In this document: piece by piece, positions 23,527-34,560 of the stretch
Numbering within the stretch: position 1 is the stretch's first letter
Layout of the letters: each line of letters begins with the position of its first letter
Source: Phoronis australis
Taxonomy: Eukaryota; Animalia; Phoronida
NCBI GenBank assembly: GCA_002633005.1
Contig: NMRA01000173.1
Span: 495,172-534,044 of the forward strand
DNA length: 38,873 nt
Direction: 5' to 3'
Program-made: the position numbers and the translations under genes
Notes under the pieces: generated by a model
What the model saw: the letters and a program-made list of their open reading frames with translations, nothing else
Database searches by the model: none
What the model was told of the DNA's origin: nothing

Positions 23527-24296
23527 CTGAGGCATCATGTTTTGTTGACTCATTGGCTGTGACTGTGACATTGGTATCATGGCTTGTGGAGTTTGGTTGG
23601 GTATCTGTTGGTTATCTGCCATCATGCTAGGCGGTCCCTGTGGGTTCATAGGTGGACTTTTGGGCAAATTGGGATGGCTGACTGGCATCATCTGTTGAGG
23701 TGGCTGTTGGCCTGATGCCATCATAGTCTGAGAATTATGTGTTGGCATTGGTTGAGATTGGGAGTGAGATTGCATCATTGACTGACTCTGTGTCATAGGC
23801 GGAGCTTGAGAGGAAGGAATTGGATTTGTGGAAATACTTGGCTGGCTTTCAGGCATCACTTGTGGCTGACTTTGTTGGGGGGCCATCGGTGATTGGCTGT
23901 GAGTCATAGGTTGTTGTTGATTGGACATCATTGACTGATCTTGTCCCATCATTGGCTGACTCTGTGACATCATAGGCTGATTCTGCTGAATCACTGGTTG
24001 GCTCTGTGACATATTTGATTGATTTTGAGACATCATAGCCTGATTCTGGGACATCATTGGCTGTTGACCCTGCGGCATCATTGGCTGACTCTGAGACATC
24101 ATCGCTGAGTTCTGTGACATCATTGGTTGATTTTGTGACATCATAGGCTGATTCTGAGCCATCATTGGCTGTTGGCCAGGTGTCATCATCTGGTGTGGAT
24201 TCTGTGGCATCATTGGTTGATTCTGATTCATCATCTGCTGGTTGTGTGACATTCTCATCTGGTTCTGCTGCATGGCCATCTGGCCTGGAGGCATGC
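23527..24296 (-). CDS. SS18: SS18-family gene, exon 7 (770 nt, Gln/Met-rich repeats)
   Basis: Acceptor ttttttttcag|GC (phase 1), donor CCT CAG|gtaata (phase 0). Long open frame of QNQPMMS-like repeats. Confidence 0.88.
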
Positions 24297-24693
24297 CTGA
24301 AAAAAAGAGCAAATTGTCAACTGTCACCTGCATCATCTTAATTTGAAAATCTCAGAATCCGTTCATCAATTTTATTAAACTAGGTTGATGAGAGTTTGAC
24401 CATACTTGTATAATGGTGACGTTTGGTCAAACAAATGAAAACAAACAAATGAAAACAAACAGATGACCGGCGTGAAAAAGACAGGTGAAAAGATGAATAT
24501 AGCAACCATTAGTCATAAATTAGTAAAACGTAAGTGACCATATTTAAAGTGAATTTTCAAAAATCAGTTTAGTACAGACACAACTTATATCACTCGATAT
24601 AAACACCAAGAACTGCAGTAGACAGGAACATTAAAGACAATTTAATTAGAACTGAGTTACACAATTGATTTTACAGCCAGATGTTGAACCTAC

Positions 24694-24759
24694 CAGACTG
24701 CTGGTTATGGTAGCCACCCTGTTGACTAGACATATTGAACATCTGATTTGGCATCTGAC
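24694..24759 (-). CDS. SS18: SS18-family gene, exon 6
   Basis: ttgttgcag|GT ... TCT G|gtaggt, phase 1-1. GQMPNQMFNMSSQQGGYHNQQS. Confidence 0.82.
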
Positions 24760-25544
24760 CTGCAACAATCACAACACAGTTAGTCTCAACATCAAATAAC
24801 CCTGATACCATGTAAGCCTAGTGGGGCCCGCACCAAGTTATAATGACAAAACAAAGCACACCACAGCTTATCACGGCATACACAGCAAATAGTTCACATT
24901 TGATTATCAGGCCAACAATCAATACTATCCAAATTAATGATTCCTTCACAAGGAACAACAGAGTCCGACTAACTTGTGTTGGTGGCAAACTGCAGAATGA
25001 TGAGGGAAAAACAAAAAAAAAACAGTTTATGTAGAATGCGCAAACAAGCGCAGCAGTGCTGACCTAGAGTTACTATCACAGAATTCCTAACTTTAGGCTG
25101 CCAACAGCAATACACTTAAGCACCTTCTAGAGTTGCTTCTACATGCATGTTGTCATTGGTAATGAGAATCAAGCCCCATCAAGCTTAAAGGAATATTATG
25201 AGACAGTTTTACAAGCGGATCAATTCATTTTTTGTGTTTGGCAGCTAAATACTGAAGAAATGAGGATTTAAATGAACGTGAAACTAAAACAGGGCTTGAC
25301 ATCAGCGAGTAAACGCTCAAAAATAAAAGTGGGAAAAATAAAATACGATTTGATAAATAGACCTCTCGTACCACTCATACGGCGGCCGAGTGGATGTTTG
25401 GTGTTTTATTTTTTTGGTCGGCGTCGCCACTGTTTAAGAGCCCAAACCTGGCATACTTGCCACTCATATTTTTGATGAACATTTTCGCCTGTGTCGAGCG
25501 CTGTAAAACATCATGGCAAGCAAGGAGACACTTACAAGACAGGT

Positions 25545-25632
25545 AATATGGCCGACAGTGAGAATGTAATATAGCCGACAATGAGAATGTAACATGGCCG
25601 ACACTCAGAATGTAACATGGCCGATACTGAGA
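25545..25632. repeat. About 23-bp degenerate minisatellite, 4 copies
   Basis: TGTAAYATRGCCGACANTSAGAA-like units. Confidence 0.75.
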
Positions 25633-26611
25633 AGAAATTCCTAAATATGCCGGTGATTCGTTGGGCCAAGGGAGTTTGCAAGACTGGCTCTGTATTCATT
25701 CGAGAAATATAGTTTTCAAAACATAAATATACTAAACAGGTCTTTGCAAGATCCATTCGCCCAGCTTGGACAATACAATTAAAACATATAACCAACCTTT
25801 AACAAAACACTCCCACTCACCATTTAAGAGTCCACCATTGTACCAAGAAATACACAAGAATTGGAGGAAAAGGTACAGATTAATAAATGTTTTATTATTA
25901 GAATAGCACAAACAGTGTGAAACAAACTAAGATAACTTGAAACAAGCCCACTGACATCATCAACTGTGTTCAACCAGCAAATAGGATCCATAAGTAACAA
26001 GTTTTGAACAACTTTTGTGTAAAACGAATATTTCAAAAAGAGAAGAATTGCAACATTTCACATATTAGAGTTTAAGAAATTGAAATGTAAGTCACTTTTA
26101 TGGAGAAAGTCAAAAAGGGCAGCTATACAACTGCTGTCCGACACAAATACCAACTTTTGAGTTCGACCATTTACCATTGTGAACATGGTCTCAACTTGTT
26201 GGTAGGTCCAAATAAATGGGATTTGTGGACATGGAATGACATTTCATAATTTCTGACTTGTTGCAGTGTGTCATTTTATTTTGAGTTCATAAATAACTCC
26301 ATATCTGAGAAAGAGAAGGGATGAAACCCATTTTCTAGACTTTCAAAACAACCAAGTTTTTCATAAAAGGCAGTTTCATACCAGTTTTAAGCAACGTTAG
26401 AATAGCTAAGTCTAACACAATCGCAATATTTGGGCTTCTTCATTGACATAGAATTTGGTCAAAAGCCAGGACTCCAAACATACAGTGACCAACTCATAGC
26501 CAATTCATTTGCATGCTTAGACTAATGACAGACTCTTAAACACTGAATAAGAAAAACCTTTGGGGACACCAGACACCGGCTTAGCAGCAATAGACACGAG
26601 TGGCTTTTTAC

Positions 26612-26746
26612 CCTGTGGCTGAACCATCGCTGGCTGGTTCATATGACGAGAGTGGCTCCCTGGCCCGCCACCAGGTGGCATGTTACCTTGGTTGAAGCGC
26701 TGTGCCTGGCTGCCATAGCTCATCATGTTGTTTCCCATTGGTCCTC
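26612..26746 (-). CDS. SS18: SS18-family gene, exon 5
   Basis: cacttgcag|GA ... CAG G|gtaaaa, phase 1-1. GPMGNNMMSYGSQAQRFNQGNMPPGGGPGSHSRHMNQPAMVQPQ. Confidence 0.82.
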
Positions 26747-26980
26747 CTGCAAGTGTCTCAAACAGGGTCAGATGTGCATTGATACCAGAAGGGGAGGGGG
26801 GTTGTTTTGATACAATTTAGTCCTACTGTAAGTGTCTCGAACAGGGTCAGATGCGCATTGACAGGAGGGGGAGGGAGTTGTTTTGATACAATTAAGTCCT
26901 CTTGTACGTGTCTCAAACAGGGTCAGACGTGCATTGACACCAGAAGGGGAGGGGGGTTGTTTTGATACAATTTAGTCCTA
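26741..26980. repeat. About 78-bp tandem repeat, 3 copies, running into the gap
   Basis: GTCCT...GTGTCTCAAACAGGGTCAGA...GGGGAGGG...TTTTGATACAATT repeated three times. Confidence 0.9.
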
Positions 26981-27728
26981 NNNNNNNNNNNNNNNNNNNN
27001 NNNNNNNNNNNNNNNNNNNNNNNNNNNNNNNNNNNNNNNNNNNNNNNNNNNNNNNNNNNNNNNNNNNNNNNNNNNNNNNNNNNNNNNNNNNNNNNNNNNN
27101 NNNNNNNNNNNNNNNNNNNNNNNNNNNNNNNNNNNNNNNNNNNNNNNNNNNNNNNNNNNNNNNNNNNNNNNNNNNNNNNNNNNNNNNNNNNNNNNNNNNN
27201 NNNNNNNNNNNNNNNNNNNNNNNNNNNNNNNNNNNNNNNNNNNNNNNNNNNNNNNNNNNNNNNNNNNNNNNNNNNNNNNNNNNNNNNNNNNNNNNNNNNN
27301 NNNNNNNNNNNNNNNNNNNNNNNNNNNNNNNNNNNNNNNNNNNNNNNNNNNNNNNNNNNNNNNNNNNNNNNNNNNNNNNNNNNNNNNNNNNNNNNNNNNN
27401 NNNNNNNNNNNNNNNNNNNNNNNNNNNNNNNNNNNNNNNNNNNNNNNNNNNNNNNNNNNNNNNNNNNNNNNNNNNNNNNNNNNNNNNNNNNNNNNNNNNN
27501 NNNNNNNNNNNNNNNNNNNNNNNNNNNNNNNNNNNNNNNNNNNNNNNNNNNNNNNNNNNNNNNNNNNNNNNNNNNNNNNNNNNNNNNNNNNNNNNNNNNN
27601 NNNNNNNNNNNNNNNNNNNNNNNNNNNNNNNNNNNNNNNNNNNNNNNNNNNNNNNNNNNNNNNNNNNNNNNNNNNNNNNNNNNNNNNNNNNNNNNNNNNN
27701 NNNNNNNNNNNNNNNNNNNNNNNNNNNN
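26981..27728. other. Assembly gap (N run)
   Basis: Run of N flanked by tandem repeats on both sides. Confidence 0.99.
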
Positions 27729-28240
27729 CCATCATTCTATGCTCAAGTATATTTCAGTTTACTTGAATGACTGTTTAGTCCTATTTTGCACTCCATTATT
27801 CTATGCTCAAGTATATTACAGTTTACTTGAATGACTGTTTAGTCCTATTTTGTACTCCATTATTCTATGCTCAAGTATATTTCAGTTTACTTGAATGACT
27901 GTTTAGTCCTATTTTGCACTCCATTATTCTATGCTCAAGTATATTTCAGTTTACTTGAATGACTGTTTAGTCCTATTTTGCACTCCATTATTCTATGCTC
28001 AAGTATATTTCAGTTTACTTGAATGACTGCTTAGTCCTATTTTGTACTCCATTATTCTATGCTCAAGTATATTTCAGTTTACTTGAATGACTGTTTAGTC
28101 CTATTTTGTACTCCATTATTCTATGCTCAAGTATACTACAGTTTACTTGAATGACTGTTTAGTCCTATTTTGCACTCCATTACTCTATGCTCAAGTATAT
28201 TATAGTTTACTTGAATGACTGTTTAGTCCTATTTTGCACT
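27729..28240. repeat. 64-bp minisatellite, 8 copies
   Basis: Unit CCATTATTCTATGCTCAAGTATATTTCAGTTTACTTGAATGACTGTTTAGTCCTATTTTGCACT. Confidence 0.97.
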
Positions 28241-28634
28241 TGATTATCCCAGCATTAAAGTTATACGTTCAAGTCTGGGCTCAAAATACAAAGTTTTTAA
28301 ACAAGTTTGTAGCTTGAATCTAGAGTTCAACAAGTGCGAATTTGGGCTACACACTCATCTGCATAATCCAAAATATACTTACGCAAAGAATACACGATAA
28401 TTATATCGGGTTCGTATCAAAAGAGAATGGTAAATGACAAAAATATTTTAAGTTTCATTTGGAGTAAAAAGTTTCAATCTCCGAGCCCATATCCACAGTT
28501 TCATTAAGTTGGGAATTAACACATAAGTTCATTTTATTGTGTGTTTGGACTTAATATTTCCATTTTAATGAATGACAATGTCAATCAATCAGAAAGTCTA
28601 CTTATGTCATTTACCAAACATCATCTCAACATAC

Positions 28635-28701
28635 CATCACCACCTTGGTTTGGAATTTGCTGGGGTCTCATATTAGGCTGTTGGGGACCCTGGCCAGGTG
28701 C
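28635..28701 (-). CDS. SS18: SS18-family gene, exon 4
   Basis: ttgttccag|GCA ... GAT G|gtatgt, phase 0-1. APGQGPQQPNMRPQQIPNQGGD. Confidence 0.85.
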
Positions 28702-29627
28702 CTGGAACAATACAACAAAATATACAAGAGAAATCTACAACCAAGAGGTCGCACGGGGTGCCAGATGTTTTCATTCTGCATCAAGTTTCCTTTGATATAA
28801 ATACCAGTTTCCATTCTCCATAAAGGTACACAACACAAATAGCACTTTTTACTGATGACTGTTGCCAACCGTTACTTAAATGTCTAAATTTCCGATACAC
28901 ATTATATGTCATTTCTTCAACAGAGTATTCGTCATAGAAAAGTTAAATGTTAGGTATTAAAGACGTTAAAGTAATTCTTCACTTATATACAGTACGATTA
29001 CAACTGGTTGAGAAAAGAAATCGACTGATTGGCATATTAAATGTATAAACAAAATTTTCAACTTTTTGGTAAACATCATGTGATGAATAAATTGTTAGAG
29101 GTGCATATTGCGACATTGTTCGTAGAAGAGGAAGTGGTAACAAAATAAAATCATACATGCAGTTCAAAAACACAACTTTATATTGCACACTTTGCTTTTA
29201 TCATTTCATGAACATTTATATGGTGAAGCTGACTGCACTGACTTGGAAAAGTGGTTACACTGGGAAATATGATAAGATTTTGGAAAGTATTCCGTATATA
29301 GAGTTTCTTGTGAGAAAAATGAAATCCTACAAGAACACATATCACATGATTGCAATGCGTAACCTAGCAAAATAGCGCCTACTGAAGTAATTGGTCATCG
29401 AAATGAAATAATAAATTATGGGCAAGAATTCACTGTTTCTGTTCTAAAAGAGAAGATTTTTCACTGCACAAGAGTACATGTGCATAGCTATTGCCTTAGG
29501 TTTACATAACTTGTCCTTGTCCAAAAATGGTGATACGTATATGTGGTTGTACAAAACCATAAAGTTGCCTTCCAATACATTACGTTATTTGCAAGATGAT
29601 ACAATGTGGAAGACAAGCACTACTTAC

Positions 29628-29709
29628 TGGTAGAAGAGCCTGTACATTTTGGTTGGAATCAGCAATGGTCGCCAGATAAACAAGGTTCCTGTGTAACATC
29701 TGCTGAAAC
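29628..29709 (-). CDS. SS18: SS18-family gene, exon 3 (SNH domain C-half)
   Basis: tttacag|G ... CCA|gtaagt. (Q)FQQMLHRNLVYLATIADSNQNVQALLP closely matches vertebrate SS18 YQQMLHTNLVYLATIADSNQNMQSLLP (recalled). Confidence 0.96.
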
Positions 29710-30494
29710 CTGTAAATGACATGTGCAAAGTCATGAATCTACTTCTTATTAGGTTGTTACAAGCCAGCATTTAAAAAAAATGTCAAAAATGGCTATCACA
29801 GCGCCACCATGTGCCATATTTAAACATATAGGCCTTGATTGATGAGGCATGCGTTGTGTCTAAAGTTTAAGTTTATTGCACAGGAAATGTGGCCTATACC
29901 ATGAATACAAACAAACAAAATTCATGCCAGAGTAACATATTTGGCAAAAATATTTTCCAAGTAATAATTGAAAGCAAACAACGTATGGACTTAATATTAG
30001 CAAATATACAGATTAGCAAATCTTTCCTCGAGCAATGCATCATTCGATCACTCTGAATAGCTTAATCTTACCACTCAAAAGGCAAATTATAAATTAAGTT
30101 TCATGTCCTAATTCCCAAAGGTATCTGTGATGTCAGCCAAATCTGATATTTATGTCCAGTAAATCAAAAGGGCATTTTAATGACAATGTTTTGGAAACTA
30201 AACCTTTAACACTTTAGAATTTTACTCATATGAAACTGTACATTTTAGAGAAGGAATATAATTATCGGTTACAAAAACATTCGTATCCTGTGATAAAGCA
30301 ACTGTACCTAACTTTACAAACTTCACTTCTTTTGTACAAAATCATCACGTATCTGTTAGTCAAAGGTTGCCAAGCCGACAAATACTCAAATATTTACCAA
30401 GAGCAGTTTTACGTCAGCTGGGAACTACAAACCATGCAACATTTTCTGTCACATTGAGTGCACAACAGGTGAAGAGTATCCACAACTGACTTAC

Positions 30495-30571
30495 TGGGAG
30501 CATTCTGCAGCTTTTCCTTTGTTCTGATAATCAACAATGGCATTAATCAGTTGATTGTTTTCATCAAGAAG
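30495..30571 (-). CDS. SS18: SS18-family gene, exon 2 (SNH domain)
   Basis: ttgttttag|CTT ... TCC CA|gtaagt, 77 nt. LLDENNQLINAIVDYQNKGKAAECS. Confidence 0.96.
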
Positions 30572-30676
30572 CTAAAACAAAAACAGTACATATTAGCAGT
30601 GTAATATTAAGATGGCATTCCTTAATGAGGAAAGTAAAGAATGTCAGTGCACATGCTGTATTTGTCACTATTTTGC

Positions 30677-30778
30677 CCCCTTAGTCAACACTAACGCCCC
30701 CTCAGTCAACACTAGCACCCCTCAGTCAACACTAGTGCCCCCTCAGTCAACACTAGCCCCACCTCAGTCAACACTAGC
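30677..30778. repeat. About 21-bp minisatellite, 5 copies
   Basis: CCCCTCAGTCAACACTAG.. units. Confidence 0.9.
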
Positions 30779-31831
30779 TGCTTACTCCCCTGTTCGCAAC
30801 GATACAACCGCCACTACTTGCATGTCTATTGTGGAAACTGATTAACTACAAAGTCACAGAAGATATTTTTTTTGCATTAGGCAAAAACTGAAAGGCTCCA
30901 TTCTACTTTTCCCTTAAAAGGTGAGCCTGTATAAAATATTGTACCCAAGATGGCAATAGGTCATTACCAAGCACACAATGTATTGTAACTCCTAATTTTC
31001 CACACAGCAGATCTCGGTGTTCTAGTATGTATCTTTCAGTATGCCAGTTGTTTGATTTTTGCCAACTATGCGTCGTTTGAGTGGATCACACCTGCTCTCC
31101 CATCAATGAGTGAGTTGATGATACTAGTATACTATACCTCTTTCAAGCAGTCCTTCATTCACTTGCCCAAATCAGCTACTGGCCATGTTCAGCACCGCAC
31201 GTGCCAGTAGATATGACAGGGATATACTTCCACTCGCCCAGTCGCTAATGCGAGTAAAAATGGTGCTGGGCGAGTAGAAGTTGACATGCCGGTCGCCCAG
31301 GTGGCGAGCAAATTTTCAGAGCGCAAAAGCACTCTATTGTTTCCCAGATGAACATGAATAAATTTTCTCCTCCTTGTGCTGTTTTTATCATGAATTTAAG
31401 GTTCAATTTCGTCAGCGTGTCCATGCTCCGGCAGTTAAAAACATCGACGCAGTGCACTCCTACCGACTCGGTACATATTTCCTGTTACACGATTCGTCTA
31501 GATCACAGTGTGTGGTCGTGCACACAGAAATTTGTGGACTAGTCCGAAACAAAGATAAAGGGGGGAAAGGCGGAAGACCGGTCCACATGCTCACAAGTGA
31601 AATACCATATTTCTTGGATCTGATTTCTTATTGTAATAACCAATGGCAATGTACGTCAATATAGCCAAAATTATTTTATGAATAATAACATTCAAAACAC
31701 TTACAGCAATCATCGTAATCCGGCAGCCCCCATGCGTTTTCAGACTTCGCTAAAATAAGCGCCCAGTCCATGAACGTGTACATATGCGAAAAATGCCTTA
31801 CCTACAGTTCGAAAATTCTACAGTAATGTCT

Positions 31832-32465
31832 TCAATTTATCAATAATATCCGACAGTCCTGAAAAATCATTGTGCGCGGAATTTCTAGACTACGAGCCTC
31901 GCCGCTATGCCGGAATTTAGCCATGACTGTACACTTCAAACTTCCGCAGTGCTTCAAAAAGAACGCAAAAGTTTTGCTGATCTTGCGAGGAATGTGTCCC
32001 ACTATGGTCACAGTGGCGGATCTAGGATACCATAAGGGGGGGCCCAACATGTTGCCTCGGGGAATTGGGCAAAGCGCGATGGTATGTGCACAAGCGGCCC
32101 GAAAGTTGCGGGGGCCGGGGATGTGGATCTCCCGTTCAGAAAATCTATCTGACTAAAAAAAAAGGAAACACGATCCCGACGGGGGTCTGAGCCCCTCCCC
32201 CCCTTCATCCGCTACCGGTCCTAGTTACTGAACTCAATATTTCCTCACGCTTCACGCTGTGGCTGTTTCATTTTGCTTGCGGTTGCCAAGAAGGGGGGAG
32301 GGGGCATGGGGCCCAGCCCCCCCAAATCCGCCTATGCGGTCAGGCCTTTAAGAACAGATGCAGTGTACCTGTCAACGGGATTGTATTGTATCTTTCTCGT
32401 ACACTCAGAGCTTCACCCTCAACAGGAATTCAGATTACTTTGTTCACATAAAAGCCATGAATTGA
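31832..32465 (-). pseudogene. HIRAN-like domain pseudogene split by a MITE
   Basis: With 32011-32342 removed, the minus strand reads IHGFYVNKVI*IPVEGEALSVRE / (frameshift) NPVDRYTASVLKGLTIVGHIPRKISKTFAFFLKHCGSLKCTV...SLEIPRTMIF. This fits the HIRAN pattern RE.xNPxDxxAxxV...VGHxP. Confidence 0.7.
32011..32336. mobile_element. G/C-run MITE with 5-bp TSD GGTCA, related to 18881-19774
   Basis: GGTCA|CAGTGGCGGATCTAGGATA...AAATCCGCCTATG c GGTCA. Removing it restores the HIRAN-like frame. Confidence 0.8.
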
Positions 32466-33847
32466 AATTTGACCACTGTAAAAAGGACGTGGCCAAGAAG
32501 CGCGCGCTAAATACATGAAGGCCCTGCTACTCTGGCAAATGAACTCTGATGACACGTACGCGCTCGCTCACTCGGCGCATACCTGCAGATTAACTTCAAG
32601 TTAAACGTCACGTGACATCAACATGTGTGTTCGTCCAGATTTTTGTCGTGTTGCGGGCTGCGATCTAGCGCAGATTTGGACTTAATCTGCAGTAAGATTC
32701 CGACTCCACAGGAACTTAAAAATCTTAGGGACGCTGTTTGGAAAACTTAAGGAGGAATTCAGGTAATTTATTGAGTTGAAACTATATTTTATTCAAGAAT
32801 TCAAGTTGCCATAACGATCGCGAGGCAGCAACGCATCAGTCGGCAAGTTTTTGCCCTGGGATTTCAGCACAATTTTTTGAAAAAAGATCATAATTTAACA
32901 ACGAAGTTTGATAGCAATGCACCACTGTTTTGTAAAAAGTCTGTCATAGGTTACAAATACATCACAGGGCATAAATTTGATGAATCCTACTGTTGTAGCT
33001 TCCGATTTCACCCGTTTTGGTGACCGGGTTTCAACCGCCTTAGGCTACAATAAGCGCCCCCCTTCCCAAACAAATTTTTCTAAGCGCCCTAGGCGCTTAT
33101 TAGGGCGAATACGGTAGCCCTAATAGATGACGACATCAACGCACGAAACGATGATTTTTATTGACATTGGCAGCAAGGTTTTGGTAACACACGCAAACGG
33201 CCGGGTGCCTGAACTTCAGAGGCTGGGCGAGTAGATTTTCTGGCTCACTCACCCAGCTGGCGAGCGGGGTTTTGAAACCTGGGTATATCCCTGTATGACA
33301 TTGTACTTGTGAGTGCAGTGTTAAAAATAGCCAGCTGCCAACTTGAACTGCTCGAAAAAAAAGTTTGTATACGGGAGAATTTGTTAGAGTTGGAAGGAAT
33401 TAAGACATTGACAGCCTCCTACGGTGTCCTTTTATGTGCAAAAGTTACTTATAACACAGTGATTTTGATGTTTTATTTAATCAGCGTTTGGAATTAGCCG
33501 AAGAGTTACGGAATATCACGACATCGATAACTCCACACTTAGCCAGACCATTTTGTAACCATCCGTAACTCATCGAATAATTTCGTACTGTCCTTGACAT
33601 TCACGTGGGACACGGGAGTTGCTCCAGACGGGCTTTTTGGGAAGATTTTTGTGCTTTGACTGCAGTTTCTTGCGAACACGGTGGAGCAGGACACCGTAAA
33701 TGGTATTGGGAGAAAGAACAATTCCTCATGTCATAATTTGTTGAACCTCTCTGTTTTGTGTAAATTTATTGAGTTTTGTGTTTGCTATGGACGGCTGAAG
33801 TAAAGCACCTGTGGAATTTCTAGCGCGGAGTGTCATACCTTGTAGAA

Positions 33848-33875
33848 TATATATATATACATATATATATATATA
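33848..33875. repeat. (TA)n microsatellite
   Basis: Read directly. Confidence 0.9.
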
Positions 33876-34056
33876 GTGTATTGAGGACAATCAGCAGCTA
33901 ATGACGCCTGTGTGCTCCACGAGGTTTTGCAGCTTTACATACACTTGGACTCGGACAAGTTTGTCACAGTCACAGATTGTCAGAGCCGCTTGCCTCTAAA
34001 CCATAATATTTGGCACTATGAACTTGTACTATCAGTAAAATTATCTCAGTGTTTAC

Positions 34057-34125
34057 CTTCTGAATTTGTTGATTACTGGGAATTTGCTTCCCTCTTTGAT
34101 TAGGTGGTACAAAAGTAAGCGACAT
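34057..34125 (-). CDS. SS18: SS18-family gene, first coding exon
   Basis: ATG at 34125, MSLTFVPPNQRGKQIPSNQQIQK|gtaaac, 23 codons. Comparable to vertebrate MSVAFAAPRQRGKGEITPAAIQK (recalled). Confidence 0.93.
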
Positions 34126-34560
34126 CCTCTTGAAGCTTTTCTAGTTGTCTTTGTCTGCAGCGCGTACAAAACAGTATGCTTCCGTAGTAGTTAAATAATC
34201 CTTTCGATAATAAACCACCTTCCGGAAGATAGCGCTCACCATTCGTTTTTCGGTTACGGTTGTCACAGGCGCTTGAGTGTTCACGAAAGACGTCACTCTT
34301 GTGTTGGCTTACGTAGTAAATGGCGCTTGAGTTTAGCTGTTCCTCGATCGCCACTGGCGAGTCACTCACTACTAAATAAACATGCTTCTTGAATGGTAAA
34401 AGTCATCGGGAAATTCGTCTGCCTGTGACGATTGTATGATTTCTCACAAGAAATAGATTCGGAAGCAATCGATTCCACCATTGGGTCCCGTCTCTCCGTG
34501 AGCGGCCCCCTAGTATGAGCACACGAAAAGGATGGTGGCATGGATACCATCAAGGACTGG
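34126..34560 (-). promoter_or_regulatory. CpG-enriched putative 5' UTR/promoter region of SS18
   Basis: Visibly more CpG than the gene's non-repeat introns, immediately upstream of the ATG. TSS not determinable. Confidence 0.4.

Larger units (their letters stand above)
31702..33116. mobile_element. TA-ended TIR element (pogo/mariner-like ends) nested in the previous element
   Basis: Right end GGCGCTTATTAGGGCGAATACGGTA. Degenerate left end TACAGCAATCATCGTAAT (12/18 to the right TIR). Subterminal AATAAGCGCCC at about 31754 and 33049. Right arm shared with 7880-8348. Confidence 0.6.
31217..33293. mobile_element. 2077-bp non-autonomous TIR element with 5-bp TSD TATGA (hAT5-like), hosting nested insertions
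   Basis: TATGA|CAGGGATATAC ... GTATATCCCTG|TATGA, a perfect 11-bp TIR. Subterminal CTCGCCCAG / CTGGGCGAGTAG repeats at both ends. Confidence 0.85.

Noticed and set aside
26923-27834. 270- and 290-aa ORFs
   Set aside because: They consist of N-gap translation.
34100-34553. Upstream minus-strand ORFs or a divergent plus-strand gene at the SS18 promoter
   Set aside because: No recognisable domains or exon chain; the plus-strand ATGGCG at 34320 closes after 19 codons.
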